This document shows, one piece after another, positions 46,052 through 55,366 of a stretch of DNA of 64,000 nt. Every line of letters begins with the position of its first letter. Within the stretch, counting starts at the first letter, position 1. This DNA comes from Candidatus Peribacteria bacterium RIFCSPHIGHO2_02_FULL_49_16 (GTDB lineage Bacteria; Patescibacteriota; Gracilibacteria; Peribacterales; Peribacteraceae): positions 53,877-117,876 of the forward strand of contig MFXT01000026.1 of NCBI GenBank assembly GCA_001788955.1, given 5' to 3'. The notes below the pieces were generated by a model. The model saw nothing but the letters and a program-made list of their open reading frames with translations, was not told the DNA's origin and made no database searches. The position numbers and the translations under genes were made by a program.

Positions 46052-47026
46052 TCACACACGCAAGAGTTGCCGTACTTCTTCCAACTTCTCCACTTTTACA
46101 AGTTTAGCCCGAAGCTCTGCCGCACCGGGGAATCCTTTTATATAACTACTTAAGTGTTTTCGCATTTCCCGCATCCCACGCCCCTCCCCCTTCAATCGTA
46201 CCGCTAATTCACAGTGCTGGAGGATAAAAGGAACCTTTTCTGTAAATGAAATAGCAGTATATTCGTGACTACTCGTTCGCTCGTTATATGTTGCTCGTTG
46301 TAAAGCGTCACAAATCTCTCGCATAACCCACGGGTTCCCAAACGTTCCCCGTCCCACCATAACCCCATCAAGGTTGCCGATCTTTTTGACGGCATCTTCC
46401 GCCGTGTGAATATCACCATTCCCGATTACCGGTACAGATATTTGTCGTTTGAGTTCATAGATCGGTTCCCAGTCTGCGGCCCCTGAAAATTTTTGATGAT
46501 ATGTCCGACCGTGAATCGCAAACGCATCGGCACCGGCCTCGACGAGTTTTTTACAAAAGGGAATAAGTGTTTCAGATGTATTCCATCCAAGGCGCGTCTT
46601 GACGCTGACAGGAATGGATACGGCTTTCTTGGTGGCATAGACCAGTTCTTGCGCAAGTTCCGGTTTCTGAATCAATGCGGAACCGTGGCAGGACGATACG
46701 ACTTTTGCCGCAGGGCATCCCATGTTGATATCGATACCATCCGCTCCAAGTTCTTCAATAATTTTGGCTGCAGAGAGAAAGTGATCTGCATCTTTTCCAA
46801 ATATCTGCACAATGAACGGACGTTCTCTGTCAACATCGAAGTGCAGCATCTGCATCGTCCGTTTCGCGCCGTAATGGATCGCATCCGTACTCAAAAACTC
46901 CGTATAGACAATCGTCTCTGGTGCGATACCTTTAATAAATTGCCGGTACGACGCGTCCGTCACTCCTGCCATTGGAGCAAGGGCAACAAGCGGCCGGGGA
47001 GCATCTTTCCAAGAAAATGGACCCAT
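46052..47026 (-). CDS. dusB: tRNA-dihydrouridine synthase
   Basis: LAPMAGVTD, IDINMGCP, PVSVKTRLG, IHGRT, IGNGDI, GVMVGRG. Confidence 0.92.
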   Translation of the reverse strand: MGPFSWKDAPRPLVALAPMAGVTDASYRQFIKGIAPETIVYTEFLSTDAIHYGAKRTMQMLHFDVDRERPFIVQIFGKDADHFLSAAKIIEELGADGIDINMGCPAAKVVSSCHGSALIQKPELAQELVYATKKAVSIPVSVKTRLGWNTSETLIPFCKKLVEAGADAFAIHGRTYHQKFSGAADWEPIYELKRQISVPVIGNGDIHTAEDAVKKIGNLDGVMVGRGTFGNPWVMREICDALQRATYNERTSSHEYTAISFTEKVPFILQHCELAVRLKGEGRGMREMRKHLSSYIKGFPGAAELRAKLVKVEKLEEVRQLLRV

Positions 47027-47108
47027 TGTGTGTATATTCTGCAATTTTTTGTAAAAAAGCAACGAGAACACACTCGAAAAAAACCATGAAATGCCCCAAT
47101 ATGCAGAT

Positions 47109-47477
47109 ATGCGTCGCTTGCTCATTGTCGGAGGACTGTTTCTCTGTTTTTTTGTATGGAATGCAAACGTCCTTGAAGCAGCGTCAATCGTTCCCCAAAA
47201 TATTCCAGGTTGTAATTTTTTTGAAGGATTAAAAGATCAGGATGGTTTTACCTGCGTGCTCGTTTTTCTAGGAAATATCGCACGTTTTCTCCTTGGTTTC
47301 ACAGGCGTTATCTGCCTCATCATGATCATGATCGGTGGATATCAAATTGCCATCGGATCAGTAATCGGCGACAAGGAGCAAGGGAAAAGTCGTATTATCT
47401 GGTCGCTTGTTGGTCTTCTTGTGTGTATTCTTGCATACGCGATCGTCAATACTGTTGTTGTCATTCTCACCGGTTAA
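47109..47477 (+). CDS. VirB2/TrbC-like pilin (CPR type)
   Basis: Signal peptide, Cys pair, IMIMIGGYQ...KEQGKSRIIWSLVGL..AYAIV. Confidence 0.75.
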   Translation: MRRLLIVGGLFLCFFVWNANVLEAASIVPQNIPGCNFFEGLKDQDGFTCVLVFLGNIARFLLGFTGVICLIMIMIGGYQIAIGSVIGDKEQGKSRIIWSLVGLLVCILAYAIVNTVVVILTG

Positions 47478-47481
47478 TCCT

Positions 47482-48729
47482 ATGTCACACAAGAAAAAAA
47501 ACACGTTTACATCACTGCGCATTATCGGAAAAAAAGCACAAGACTTGCTGAAAAAAGCAAAAGCAGATGTGGAGCAACAGAAGCATGTCCCACTCCCAGA
47601 CGATGGAGAAGAACTTCCGGAACTCGTCATGCATCTCTCTACATGGAGTGTGATGCGTGCGGCATTCATTATCCTCGCCATTACCTTCGGTGTGTGGTTT
47701 GTTTTTCAGGTACACGACAAAATCCTTCTGCTTTTTCTCGCTTTCTTCGTTGCTGCAATCATCGATCCCGGCGTTCGCTATCTGGAGTACAAAGGAGTGC
47801 CTCGTGGTCTCGCCGTCCTACTTCAGTATTTTCTCGCACTTATTCTCTTTGTTTTTCTCCTTCTGTCACTCATCCCGATCATCGCTTCGCAGTTGCAACA
47901 ACTTGCGCTCTTCATCACCGTTGAAGTGGATCAGTTTATTGTAAATCCTCAAATTTCCCTCCCCTTTCTTTCGGAAGCAGTCAATATTCGGATGACAAAT
48001 CTTTTTCAAGGGATGCTGCAAAATATTTCCGTTTACCAGATTGCCGACGCTCTGCAGACTCTCGGTCAGAATCTCTCCATCACTGCGCAAGGCTCTGTTC
48101 TTTTTGCTACACGACTTGCCGGTTCCGTTCTGAATTTCCTTATTAAGACCATTATTGTTCTGGTGCTCGCGTTTTTCATCCAAAACGAAAAAGAGCGAAT
48201 TCATGCCTGGCTGCGCAGCTTCTTTCCACATCACTATCGACAGTACATCGATGGAAAAACCGAGGCGGTGCATATCAAAATCGGACAGTGGGCACGCGGG
48301 CAACTCCTGCTGGGACTCTCTATCGGTCTACTTGTCTTTATTGCTCTCATCATTCTACGCATGCCCTATGCGCTTACTCTTGCGGTTCTTGCGGGTTTTA
48401 CAGAATTTATTCCATACGTTGGACCATTTATTGCCGCTGTTCCCGCAGTACTGATCGGACTCACACAAGAAGGACCCCTTTGGGCGTTGATCATCGCGTG
48501 TGTGTATTATGTGATTCAGTGGTGTGAAAACAATCTCCTGGTTCCACTCATCATGAAACGCGCCGTCGGGCTCTCACCTATCGCCATCATCTTCGCCATG
48601 CTTATCGGTGTCAGTTTCGCTCAATTTATCCATCCCGTTCTCGGTCTCCTTCTTGCAATTCCCACAACGACAATCATTGCTATTTTTCTTGAAGATTGGC
48701 GCATCTTTCGAGAAAGAATGTCAAAATAA
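47482..48729 (+). CDS. AI-2E family transporter
   Basis: VPRGLAV, WARGQL, EFIPYVGP, ENNLLVPLIM..AVGLSP, LAIP motifs. Confidence 0.9.
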   Translation: MSHKKKNTFTSLRIIGKKAQDLLKKAKADVEQQKHVPLPDDGEELPELVMHLSTWSVMRAAFIILAITFGVWFVFQVHDKILLLFLAFFVAAIIDPGVRYLEYKGVPRGLAVLLQYFLALILFVFLLLSLIPIIASQLQQLALFITVEVDQFIVNPQISLPFLSEAVNIRMTNLFQGMLQNISVYQIADALQTLGQNLSITAQGSVLFATRLAGSVLNFLIKTIIVLVLAFFIQNEKERIHAWLRSFFPHHYRQYIDGKTEAVHIKIGQWARGQLLLGLSIGLLVFIALIILRMPYALTLAVLAGFTEFIPYVGPFIAAVPAVLIGLTQEGPLWALIIACVYYVIQWCENNLLVPLIMKRAVGLSPIAIIFAMLIGVSFAQFIHPVLGLLLAIPTTTIIAIFLEDWRIFRERMSK

Positions 48730-48829
48730 GTAGACATCATAAGACACCTTGCAAACTTCATCAAAATCCATTCAGAGAACTCCTCATGAATGCCAAGTTG
48801 TGGTAGAATGATTTGAAGACTTTGACAGA

Positions 48830-48856
48830 TTGGCACTCGCTCTGTTAGAGTGCCAA
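48830..48856 (+). promoter_or_regulatory. CIRCE element (HrcA operator)
   Basis: TTGGCACTC-N9-GAGTGCCAA perfect inverted repeat (consensus TTAGCACTC-N9-GAGTGCTAA), 18 nt upstream of the clpC ATG. Confidence 0.88.
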
Positions 48857-48874
48857 TTCCTTCCTCCCTCTTCC

Positions 48875-51481
48875 ATGCATCCTTTCGATCGATTCACACC
48901 GAATGCAAAACTCGCACTCCAGATTGCAGAGCAAGAAGCAAAGACAATAAAAAGTCAGTATATCGGTACGGAACACTTGTTTCTTGGGCTTTTAAGTATC
49001 CCTAAATCTTTGGGCTTTTCCATATTCACAGGAGCGGGAGTCACACTGGAAAACGCACGAATTCTCCTGAAAGCAACGAAATCAAATGATATTGAAGGAC
49101 AAAATATCAAACATGGTCTCTCTGTTTTTTTGCATAATGTCATCGAACAAGCAGTAATCACCGCACATAAATATCGCCATACGAACGTGGGAACGGAACA
49201 CCTTGTTCATGCATTGGTTTCAACCGAAAAGAATGCCGCAACTGTGCTTTTGGAAAACATGCAGGTGGATGTAGAAGAATTGCGTACACGCGTCGAAGAA
49301 ATGTTTGGACAAATCAGCCAATTCCGTCAACAGAGTAAAAATATCGAGCAATCACTCGAAGCCTTCTTCCACGGATTGCAGGGTGCCATTGCCGGTATGC
49401 CGGGAGCTGGTGGATCACACGAATCGGAAGGACTAAAAAAGAAGAAGGGCAAAAGTAAAACTCCCGTTCTCGATTATTTTACGGATGATCTTATTGTCAA
49501 AGCAAAAGAGAATAAGATCGATCCGGTCATCGGACGAGATCGGGAGATCGAACGCGTCATTCATATTCTTAGCCGAAAAACGAAGAATAACCCCATCCTT
49601 ATTGGTGAACCCGGAGTCGGAAAAACCGCCATCGTAGAAGGTCTAGCACAACGCATTGCATCAGGTATCGTTCCTCCTTCCTTGAAAGGAAAACGCGTCT
49701 TACTTCTTAATATGGGAGCTCTTGTTGCCGGTACCAAGTACCGTGGAGAATTTGAACAACGATTCGAGGATATCATTAAAGAAGCCACACAGGACGACAG
49801 TAATATCATTCTTTTCATAGACGAAATGCATACGGTGATCGGCGCCGGCTCTGCAGAAGGATCACTCGATGCGGCAAATATTTTGAAACCCACATTGAGC
49901 AGAGGCATTCTGCAAGTCATCGGCGCTACCACAACCGATGAATTTCGCACGATTGAAAAGGACCGTGCACTTGCCAGGCGCCTGCAATCCATCTTTGTAG
50001 AGGAACCCAGCGTCGAAGACGCCCTCCAGATCCTCAAAGGTATAAGGGAGTCATTCGAAAAATTTCACATGATTACGATCACGGATGATGCTCTCGAGGC
50101 AGCAGTGAATTTAAGCAAACGATATATCAATGAACGATTTCTCCCGGATAAAGCGATTGATGTTCTTGATGAAGCTGCAGCCGGAAAGAAAATTATGCAC
50201 ATCACAGAGGAACCGGACATTCAACGTATTGATGAAAAAATGGAAGAACTTATACAGAAACAACAGAAGGCGGTGCGTGCGCAGAAGTATCATCTAGCAT
50301 TGAAACTCAAGCAAGAACAACAACTTTTGAAAGAAAAGAAAGAGCGTCTTCTTGATATTCGCGACGGAGACCGTCGAACTCCCATCAGTATTACCGGCGA
50401 CGACATTGCCGATGTTGTCAGTCGTACAACGAATATTCCCGTGACACGACTCCTGCGCTCCGAAGCAAAACGATTGACCAATCTGGAACAGCAGCTACGA
50501 AAATATGTCATTGGTCAGGATGACGCAATTAAAAAAGTGGCACGAGCCATCCGGCGCAGTCGCGTAGGTATCGGTGATATCAAACGCCCTATCGGATCCT
50601 TCCTTTTCCTTGGACCTACAGGAGTCGGAAAAACGGAACTTGTGCGTACTGTCGCTCGTGAAGTCTTTAATCGGGAAGATGCGCTCATCAAAATCGACAT
50701 GTCTGAATTCATGGAACGACATAATATTTCTCGTCTTATCGGAGCAACGGCAGGATATGTGGGATACGAAGAAGGAGGACAGCTGACCGAAGCCGTTCGC
50801 CGCAAACCCTATTCCGTTGTGCTCTTTGATGAAATTGAGAAAGCACATCCCGAATTCTTCAATCTCCTCTTACAGATACTCGAAGATGGTATCCTGACTG
50901 ACGGTCAGGGAACGACAGTGGATTTCACAAATACAATCATTGTGATGACGAGCAATATCGGTGCCGAGAAACTGACCAAGCAGGCAGGAAAAATCGGCTT
51001 CAAGCTAGAGGATGAAGCAAGAGCAGAAGAACAGCAGTATGAACAGAAATGCCAGGAGGTTCTCACAGAACTCAAAAATCAGCTTCGACCGGAATTCCTC
51101 AACCGTATTGATCATATTGTGATCTTCAATGCACTTAATCAGGAACATATTCGAAAAATTGTCAAGAATCAGCTTCATTGTCTCCAAGAACGCCTGCGGG
51201 GTCAGGGATTCGAAATGGAAGTGGATCAGAAAGTTATCAATTTTCTTGCAGAAGAAGGATTTGATCCGGAATACGGCGCACGACCGGTGCGACGAGTGAT
51301 TCAGCAGCGTATGGAAGATGAAATCGCAGAACATATCCTGAAAGGCGTTTTTCAGCCAGGAGATTGCATTTCTGTGGTGAAGAAACGTGATAATCAACTG
51401 GATTTCCTTCCAAAAGAGAAACAAGGAAACAAAACCACTAAAAAGAAAAGTACGGTACTCGCGGCAAAGAATGACGAGTAA
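48875..51481 (+). CDS. clpC: ATP-dependent Clp protease ATP-binding subunit ClpC
   Basis: Two Clp-N repeats (GTEHL), GEPGVGKT, short UVR-like middle domain, GPTGVGKTE, IGF ClpP-docking loop, RPEFLNRID, YGARP. Confidence 0.93.
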   Translation: MHPFDRFTPNAKLALQIAEQEAKTIKSQYIGTEHLFLGLLSIPKSLGFSIFTGAGVTLENARILLKATKSNDIEGQNIKHGLSVFLHNVIEQAVITAHKYRHTNVGTEHLVHALVSTEKNAATVLLENMQVDVEELRTRVEEMFGQISQFRQQSKNIEQSLEAFFHGLQGAIAGMPGAGGSHESEGLKKKKGKSKTPVLDYFTDDLIVKAKENKIDPVIGRDREIERVIHILSRKTKNNPILIGEPGVGKTAIVEGLAQRIASGIVPPSLKGKRVLLLNMGALVAGTKYRGEFEQRFEDIIKEATQDDSNIILFIDEMHTVIGAGSAEGSLDAANILKPTLSRGILQVIGATTTDEFRTIEKDRALARRLQSIFVEEPSVEDALQILKGIRESFEKFHMITITDDALEAAVNLSKRYINERFLPDKAIDVLDEAAAGKKIMHITEEPDIQRIDEKMEELIQKQQKAVRAQKYHLALKLKQEQQLLKEKKERLLDIRDGDRRTPISITGDDIADVVSRTTNIPVTRLLRSEAKRLTNLEQQLRKYVIGQDDAIKKVARAIRRSRVGIGDIKRPIGSFLFLGPTGVGKTELVRTVAREVFNREDALIKIDMSEFMERHNISRLIGATAGYVGYEEGGQLTEAVRRKPYSVVLFDEIEKAHPEFFNLLLQILEDGILTDGQGTTVDFTNTIIVMTSNIGAEKLTKQAGKIGFKLEDEARAEEQQYEQKCQEVLTELKNQLRPEFLNRIDHIVIFNALNQEHIRKIVKNQLHCLQERLRGQGFEMEVDQKVINFLAEEGFDPEYGARPVRRVIQQRMEDEIAEHILKGVFQPGDCISVVKKRDNQLDFLPKEKQGNKTTKKKSTVLAAKNDE

Positions 51482-51505
51482 CGCATGGAAAACAGACTGA
51501 TTTTC

Positions 51506-51514
51506 TGGTATAAT
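51506..51514 (+). promoter_or_regulatory. Extended -10 promoter TGGTATAAT
   Basis: Consensus TGnTATAAT 9 nt upstream of ATG 51524. Confidence 0.6.
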
Positions 51515-51523
51515 AAAGAGATT

Positions 51524-51982
51524 ATGCCCATCGAAGCAGTCAAAATTCCACAGAACGTGTACATTGAAGACCGCATCATCGGTCCCATTACACTCAAACA
51601 ACTTGTTCTCTGCGTCATCGGAGGAGGAATCAGCTACGCTCTGTGGACAGGCTTAAGCAAAGCATATGGTGACCAAGGATTAAGTATCTTCCTTATCGTC
51701 ATCAGCCTGATTCCTGCCGTCATTTTCATTGCCTTCGCATTCATCAAAATATACGGACTCTCTCTTATGCGCATCTGTCTTCTTTCTCTAGAGAAAATGA
51801 TCAAACCGACAATACGCGTGTGGACTCCGCGCACGGGAGTGAAGATTTCTTATGACATGTATACGAAAGCCAAAAAGAAGACAGAGGACGACGGTCTGGA
51901 GAAAAAGAAAAAACCAACAGCAGAAGAATTGAGTTCACTGCTCGATGTTCCCACTTCTCCCTCTTCACCTGTTCAATCATGA
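51524..51982 (+). CDS. PrgI-family (VirB3-like) membrane protein
   Basis: KIPQNVYIEDRIIGPITLKQL, two TM helices, AFIKI, P..RVW motif. Confidence 0.85.
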   Translation: MPIEAVKIPQNVYIEDRIIGPITLKQLVLCVIGGGISYALWTGLSKAYGDQGLSIFLIVISLIPAVIFIAFAFIKIYGLSLMRICLLSLEKMIKPTIRVWTPRTGVKISYDMYTKAKKKTEDDGLEKKKKPTAEELSSLLDVPTSPSSPVQS

Positions 51983-52722
51983 ACAATACCAAGAAAGACA
52001 CTAAACAGGCAGAAAAAAAGGTATCGAGTACTGTCCGCAAGCGCAAATCACAACAGGCAAACGCAACACAGAGGTACCTTCCCATTGCCGAAATCCGCAA
52101 TGATACCGTCCTTTTAAAAAACGGCGGTCTGCGAGCAATACTGAATGTTGAGGCAACAAATTTCAATCTAAAAAGTGAGACGGAACAGGAAGCTATTATC
52201 GCCGGATACGGTGCATTCATGAATACATTGACCTTCCCTTTACAAATCACCATTCGTTCCTCGCACATCAATGTCGATCCTTATCTAAATTTTTTGGGAG
52301 AAAAGGCGCAAGGACAGACAAATACACTCTTAAAAGAGCAAACTATTGCGTATATTTCATTCATCAAACGGCTTCTGGAAGTATCCGATATTATGAAAAA
52401 ACAGTTTCTCGTGATCGTGCCCTATGACAAAAGCACGCGAAAAAAGACATTACTCGAAAAATTCTTCGATTGGCTGCACCCGTATGATACCGCAGGACAT
52501 GCTGCAGCACGTTTTCAGGAATTCAATACCATCAAGAAAAAACTCAATGAACGCATGGAACTCGTCGAAGTGGGTTTGAATAATATGGGCCTTCATACCA
52601 ATCGCCTTTCCACAAGACAACTCATCGAGTTATATTATCAGATTTATAATCCTAAAACCAGCCAATACGAGAAAATTCCCGAGAATCTCGAAGATCTTGC
52701 AATCGACAATACAGTTTTGTAG
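51979..52722 (+). CDS. Conserved CPR protein resembling the N-terminal part of VirB4/TraC
   Basis: TQRYLPIAEIRNDTVLLK.GGLRAIL, NF.LKSE.EQ.AII, FPLQI, F.VIVPY, L.T.QLIELYY..YNP. ATGA-coupled to prgI. Confidence 0.75.
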   Translation: MNNTKKDTKQAEKKVSSTVRKRKSQQANATQRYLPIAEIRNDTVLLKNGGLRAILNVEATNFNLKSETEQEAIIAGYGAFMNTLTFPLQITIRSSHINVDPYLNFLGEKAQGQTNTLLKEQTIAYISFIKRLLEVSDIMKKQFLVIVPYDKSTRKKTLLEKFFDWLHPYDTAGHAAARFQEFNTIKKKLNERMELVEVGLNNMGLHTNRLSTRQLIELYYQIYNPKTSQYEKIPENLEDLAIDNTVL

Positions 52723-52843
52723 AATATTTTGACAAGAAGTGGCGGAGGTGCCAAAATAACAACTACATATGCTGCTTGTGCAAGGGTGTATGTCAATTAT
52801 TTCTTTGTATTTTCTTCCGCTTGCACCGTCTATTTTCATATTT

Positions 52844-54220
52844 ATGCAAATATTGCAGAAAAATACAGTCATGGAACAGCTTCTTCAAGAGTCTCCTCCC
52901 ATCCTTCGTCCGCATCCCGGAGAACTTCTTGAGGGAACTATCGTGTTTAAGGGTAAGAATAAAATTCTTCTCGATCTCCAAGGAGTCGCAACGGGCATTA
53001 TATCCGGACGGGAGCTGCGTGACTCTTTTAATATATTTCGTACTATCACTCCCGGTGATACCATCAATGCACTCGTACTCGAAGAAGAAAATGATGAAGG
53101 ATTGGTGGTGATGAGCTTGCGAATGGCCAGCCAAAAAAAAGCGTGGGATCGTTTTTATACCCTTATTGGAAGCGATCACACGATGCCTTTTACTGCCCAA
53201 GAGGCAAATAAAGGAGGGCTCCTCGCCAATGTCGATGGCATTCGTACATTTCTTCCTGTCAGTCAATTAGCCCCCGTTCACTATCCACGTGTCAGTAATG
53301 CGGATTCTGTGGAGATTCTCCAAAGGTTACAGAGATATGTCGGACATACATTCACGGTGAAAATCATCACTATGGATGAAGAAGCGGGAAAAATTGTCGT
53401 TTCTGAACGGGAAGCCATGGCCGAGGAGCGGGCAAAATCCCTTGAAAGTCTACGTCCGGGTGATATCAAGGAAGGTATTGTCAGTGGAATAGCAAAATTC
53501 GGACTCTTCGTGACATTCGAAGGACTGGAAGGACTGGTACATATTTCCGAAATTGCCTGGGGGCATGTGAAAAATCCTACCGAGCATGCGAAATCCGGAG
53601 ACAAGGTGCAAGTGAAAGTCATTGGCATCGATGGAGATAAATTGAGCTTAAGTATGAAGCAACTTACCAAAGATCCATGGGAGGAAGTGGCGGAGCGCTA
53701 TCCCGTTGGCAAACGCATGCAGGGAACGATTGTTCGTTTTGCCGATTATGGCGCATTCGTGCGACTGGAAAAAGATATCAATGGACTTATCCATCTTTCC
53801 GAACTCGCTCATCATAAAGTTACCGATCCATCCGATGTCCTCACGATCGGTCAAAAAATCGAGGCACAAGTGATTAATATCGATATCGATGAACGCCGCA
53901 TCGGCCTCTCAATTAAGGCACTTCAGCCGATTGATAAGGAGACTTTACAGAAGCTGAAAGAGGAAATGGCAGCAGCGAATTCGAAAGACTTGAAAGATTC
54001 GTCCTCCTTCCCTAAAGCTTCGAACGACAAAAAGGAAGCAAAAAAAGAAATACCAGTCATTCAGGAGGCTTTTGCTCTGGAAGAGGCGGAATTTGTGGCG
54101 TCGAAAACGGGGAAGAAGTATTACGTAATAGATTCCACACAAGGAAAGAAAATAAAACAAGAGAATCGCGTGTACTTTAAAACCGCAAAAGAAGCGGAGA
54201 AGAGTGGATACGGAAAATAG
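52844..54220 (+). CDS. rpsA: 30S ribosomal protein S1 (4 S1 domains) with an extra C-terminal domain
   Basis: ANKGGL, FLPVSQL, FGLFV...EGLVHISEIAW, YGAFV...GLIHLSEL, RRIGLSIK. Start could alternatively be 52871. Confidence 0.92.
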   Translation: MQILQKNTVMEQLLQESPPILRPHPGELLEGTIVFKGKNKILLDLQGVATGIISGRELRDSFNIFRTITPGDTINALVLEEENDEGLVVMSLRMASQKKAWDRFYTLIGSDHTMPFTAQEANKGGLLANVDGIRTFLPVSQLAPVHYPRVSNADSVEILQRLQRYVGHTFTVKIITMDEEAGKIVVSEREAMAEERAKSLESLRPGDIKEGIVSGIAKFGLFVTFEGLEGLVHISEIAWGHVKNPTEHAKSGDKVQVKVIGIDGDKLSLSMKQLTKDPWEEVAERYPVGKRMQGTIVRFADYGAFVRLEKDINGLIHLSELAHHKVTDPSDVLTIGQKIEAQVINIDIDERRIGLSIKALQPIDKETLQKLKEEMAAANSKDLKDSSSFPKASNDKKEAKKEIPVIQEAFALEEAEFVASKTGKKYYVIDSTQGKKIKQENRVYFKTAKEAEKSGYGK

Positions 54221-54236
54221 TGTATGATTCATTTCT

Positions 54237-54914
54237 ATGAAGGCTGTGATCTTCGATTTCGACGGCGTCATCGTGGATAGCGAGAAATATTGGGATGAAG
54301 CAATGAATGCATTTGGACAGGCACATATAAACGGATGGCAACAAGGAGATAATAGTCGCCTCTTTTCAGGTATGACATTGGAAGGATGTTTTGCAAAACT
54401 CTGTGAGCATTTTGGAGTGCATATGACACTGGACGAATTCAAAAATCACATGTGTCACATTTCAGAAAATATTTATCACTCGCAAGCATCATTGCTGCCA
54501 AACGTGCATGCATTGATCACAGATCTCCATGAAAAAAATATTCCGCTTGCCATTGCCTCTTCCTCGAAACGAGTCTGGATCGATATTGCAACCCAACGGT
54601 TGAACATTCACCATTTCTTCTATACATCGACAACAGGAGACGAGATTCCTCATGGTGAGGGCAAACCAAAACCAACCATCTATCTTCGGACTGCAGAACG
54701 TCTCAATATGGATCCACGAGATTGCATCGCTATTGAAGATGCACGGCATGGCATTTATGCCGCAAAAAATGCAGGTATGACCTGTGTCGGTCTCCGCAAT
54801 GGATTTAATGTTACACAAGACCTTTCTTTTGCAGATCATATTCTTGAGGGATTTTTGGACGTTACAACAGAAACTTTGCGCGCTATCCACCGCACATGCT
54901 GCGCCGCCATTTAA
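54237..54914 (+). CDS. HAD-superfamily phosphatase (beta-PGM-like)
   Basis: IFDFDGVIVDSE, IASSS, GKPKP.IY, IED...G..AAK.AGM. Confidence 0.9.
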   Translation: MKAVIFDFDGVIVDSEKYWDEAMNAFGQAHINGWQQGDNSRLFSGMTLEGCFAKLCEHFGVHMTLDEFKNHMCHISENIYHSQASLLPNVHALITDLHEKNIPLAIASSSKRVWIDIATQRLNIHHFFYTSTTGDEIPHGEGKPKPTIYLRTAERLNMDPRDCIAIEDARHGIYAAKNAGMTCVGLRNGFNVTQDLSFADHILEGFLDVTTETLRAIHRTCCAAI

Positions 54915-55252
54915 TCTTTTAGACTCTGATTCGATAAAAAATGCAGGTGGAGATAGAACACTTCCTGTCCCCCGCCCTTCCCGACATGAAAGGTAAGCCT
55001 GTATCCATCAATCCCCTTTTCTTTGGCAAAATTCCGGGCTTTATCGATCAGCATTCCAGGTACATGTTCCGTCGATTTTGTGATATCGGCAATGGATGCG
55101 ACAACATCCCCTTCTTTCTTCGGGATCAATAAGAGATGCAAAGCGGCTTGTGGACGAATATCTTTGAATACCAACACCAGATCATCTTCGTAAACAATAT
55201 CTGCAGGAAGTTCTTTATCCCGAATTTTGTGGAAAATAGTCCGTTCAGTCAT
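54911..55252 (-). CDS. HIT-family nucleotide hydrolase (HinT-like)
   Basis: TIFHKI...PADIVYEDD, FKDIRPQA..HLLLIPK, GGQEVFYLHLH. Confidence 0.88.
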   Translation of the reverse strand: MTERTIFHKIRDKELPADIVYEDDLVLVFKDIRPQAALHLLLIPKKEGDVVASIADITKSTEHVPGMLIDKARNFAKEKGIDGYRLTFHVGKGGGQEVFYLHLHFLSNQSLKD

Positions 55253-55366
55253 GCAGAGATTATTCAGGAAAAAGGGGAAAAAGGGAAAGTCCGTAGAAAG
55301 CTGTATTTTAGCCTATTGAGCATAAAATATTGCAATTTATATGAAAAAAAGGGAAAATAGTAAAGA

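Noticed and set aside
54930-54965. HIT motif reads YLHLH instead of HxHxH
   Set aside because: The catalytic middle His and the third His are retained; a single substitution at the first position is not enough to infer a new function.
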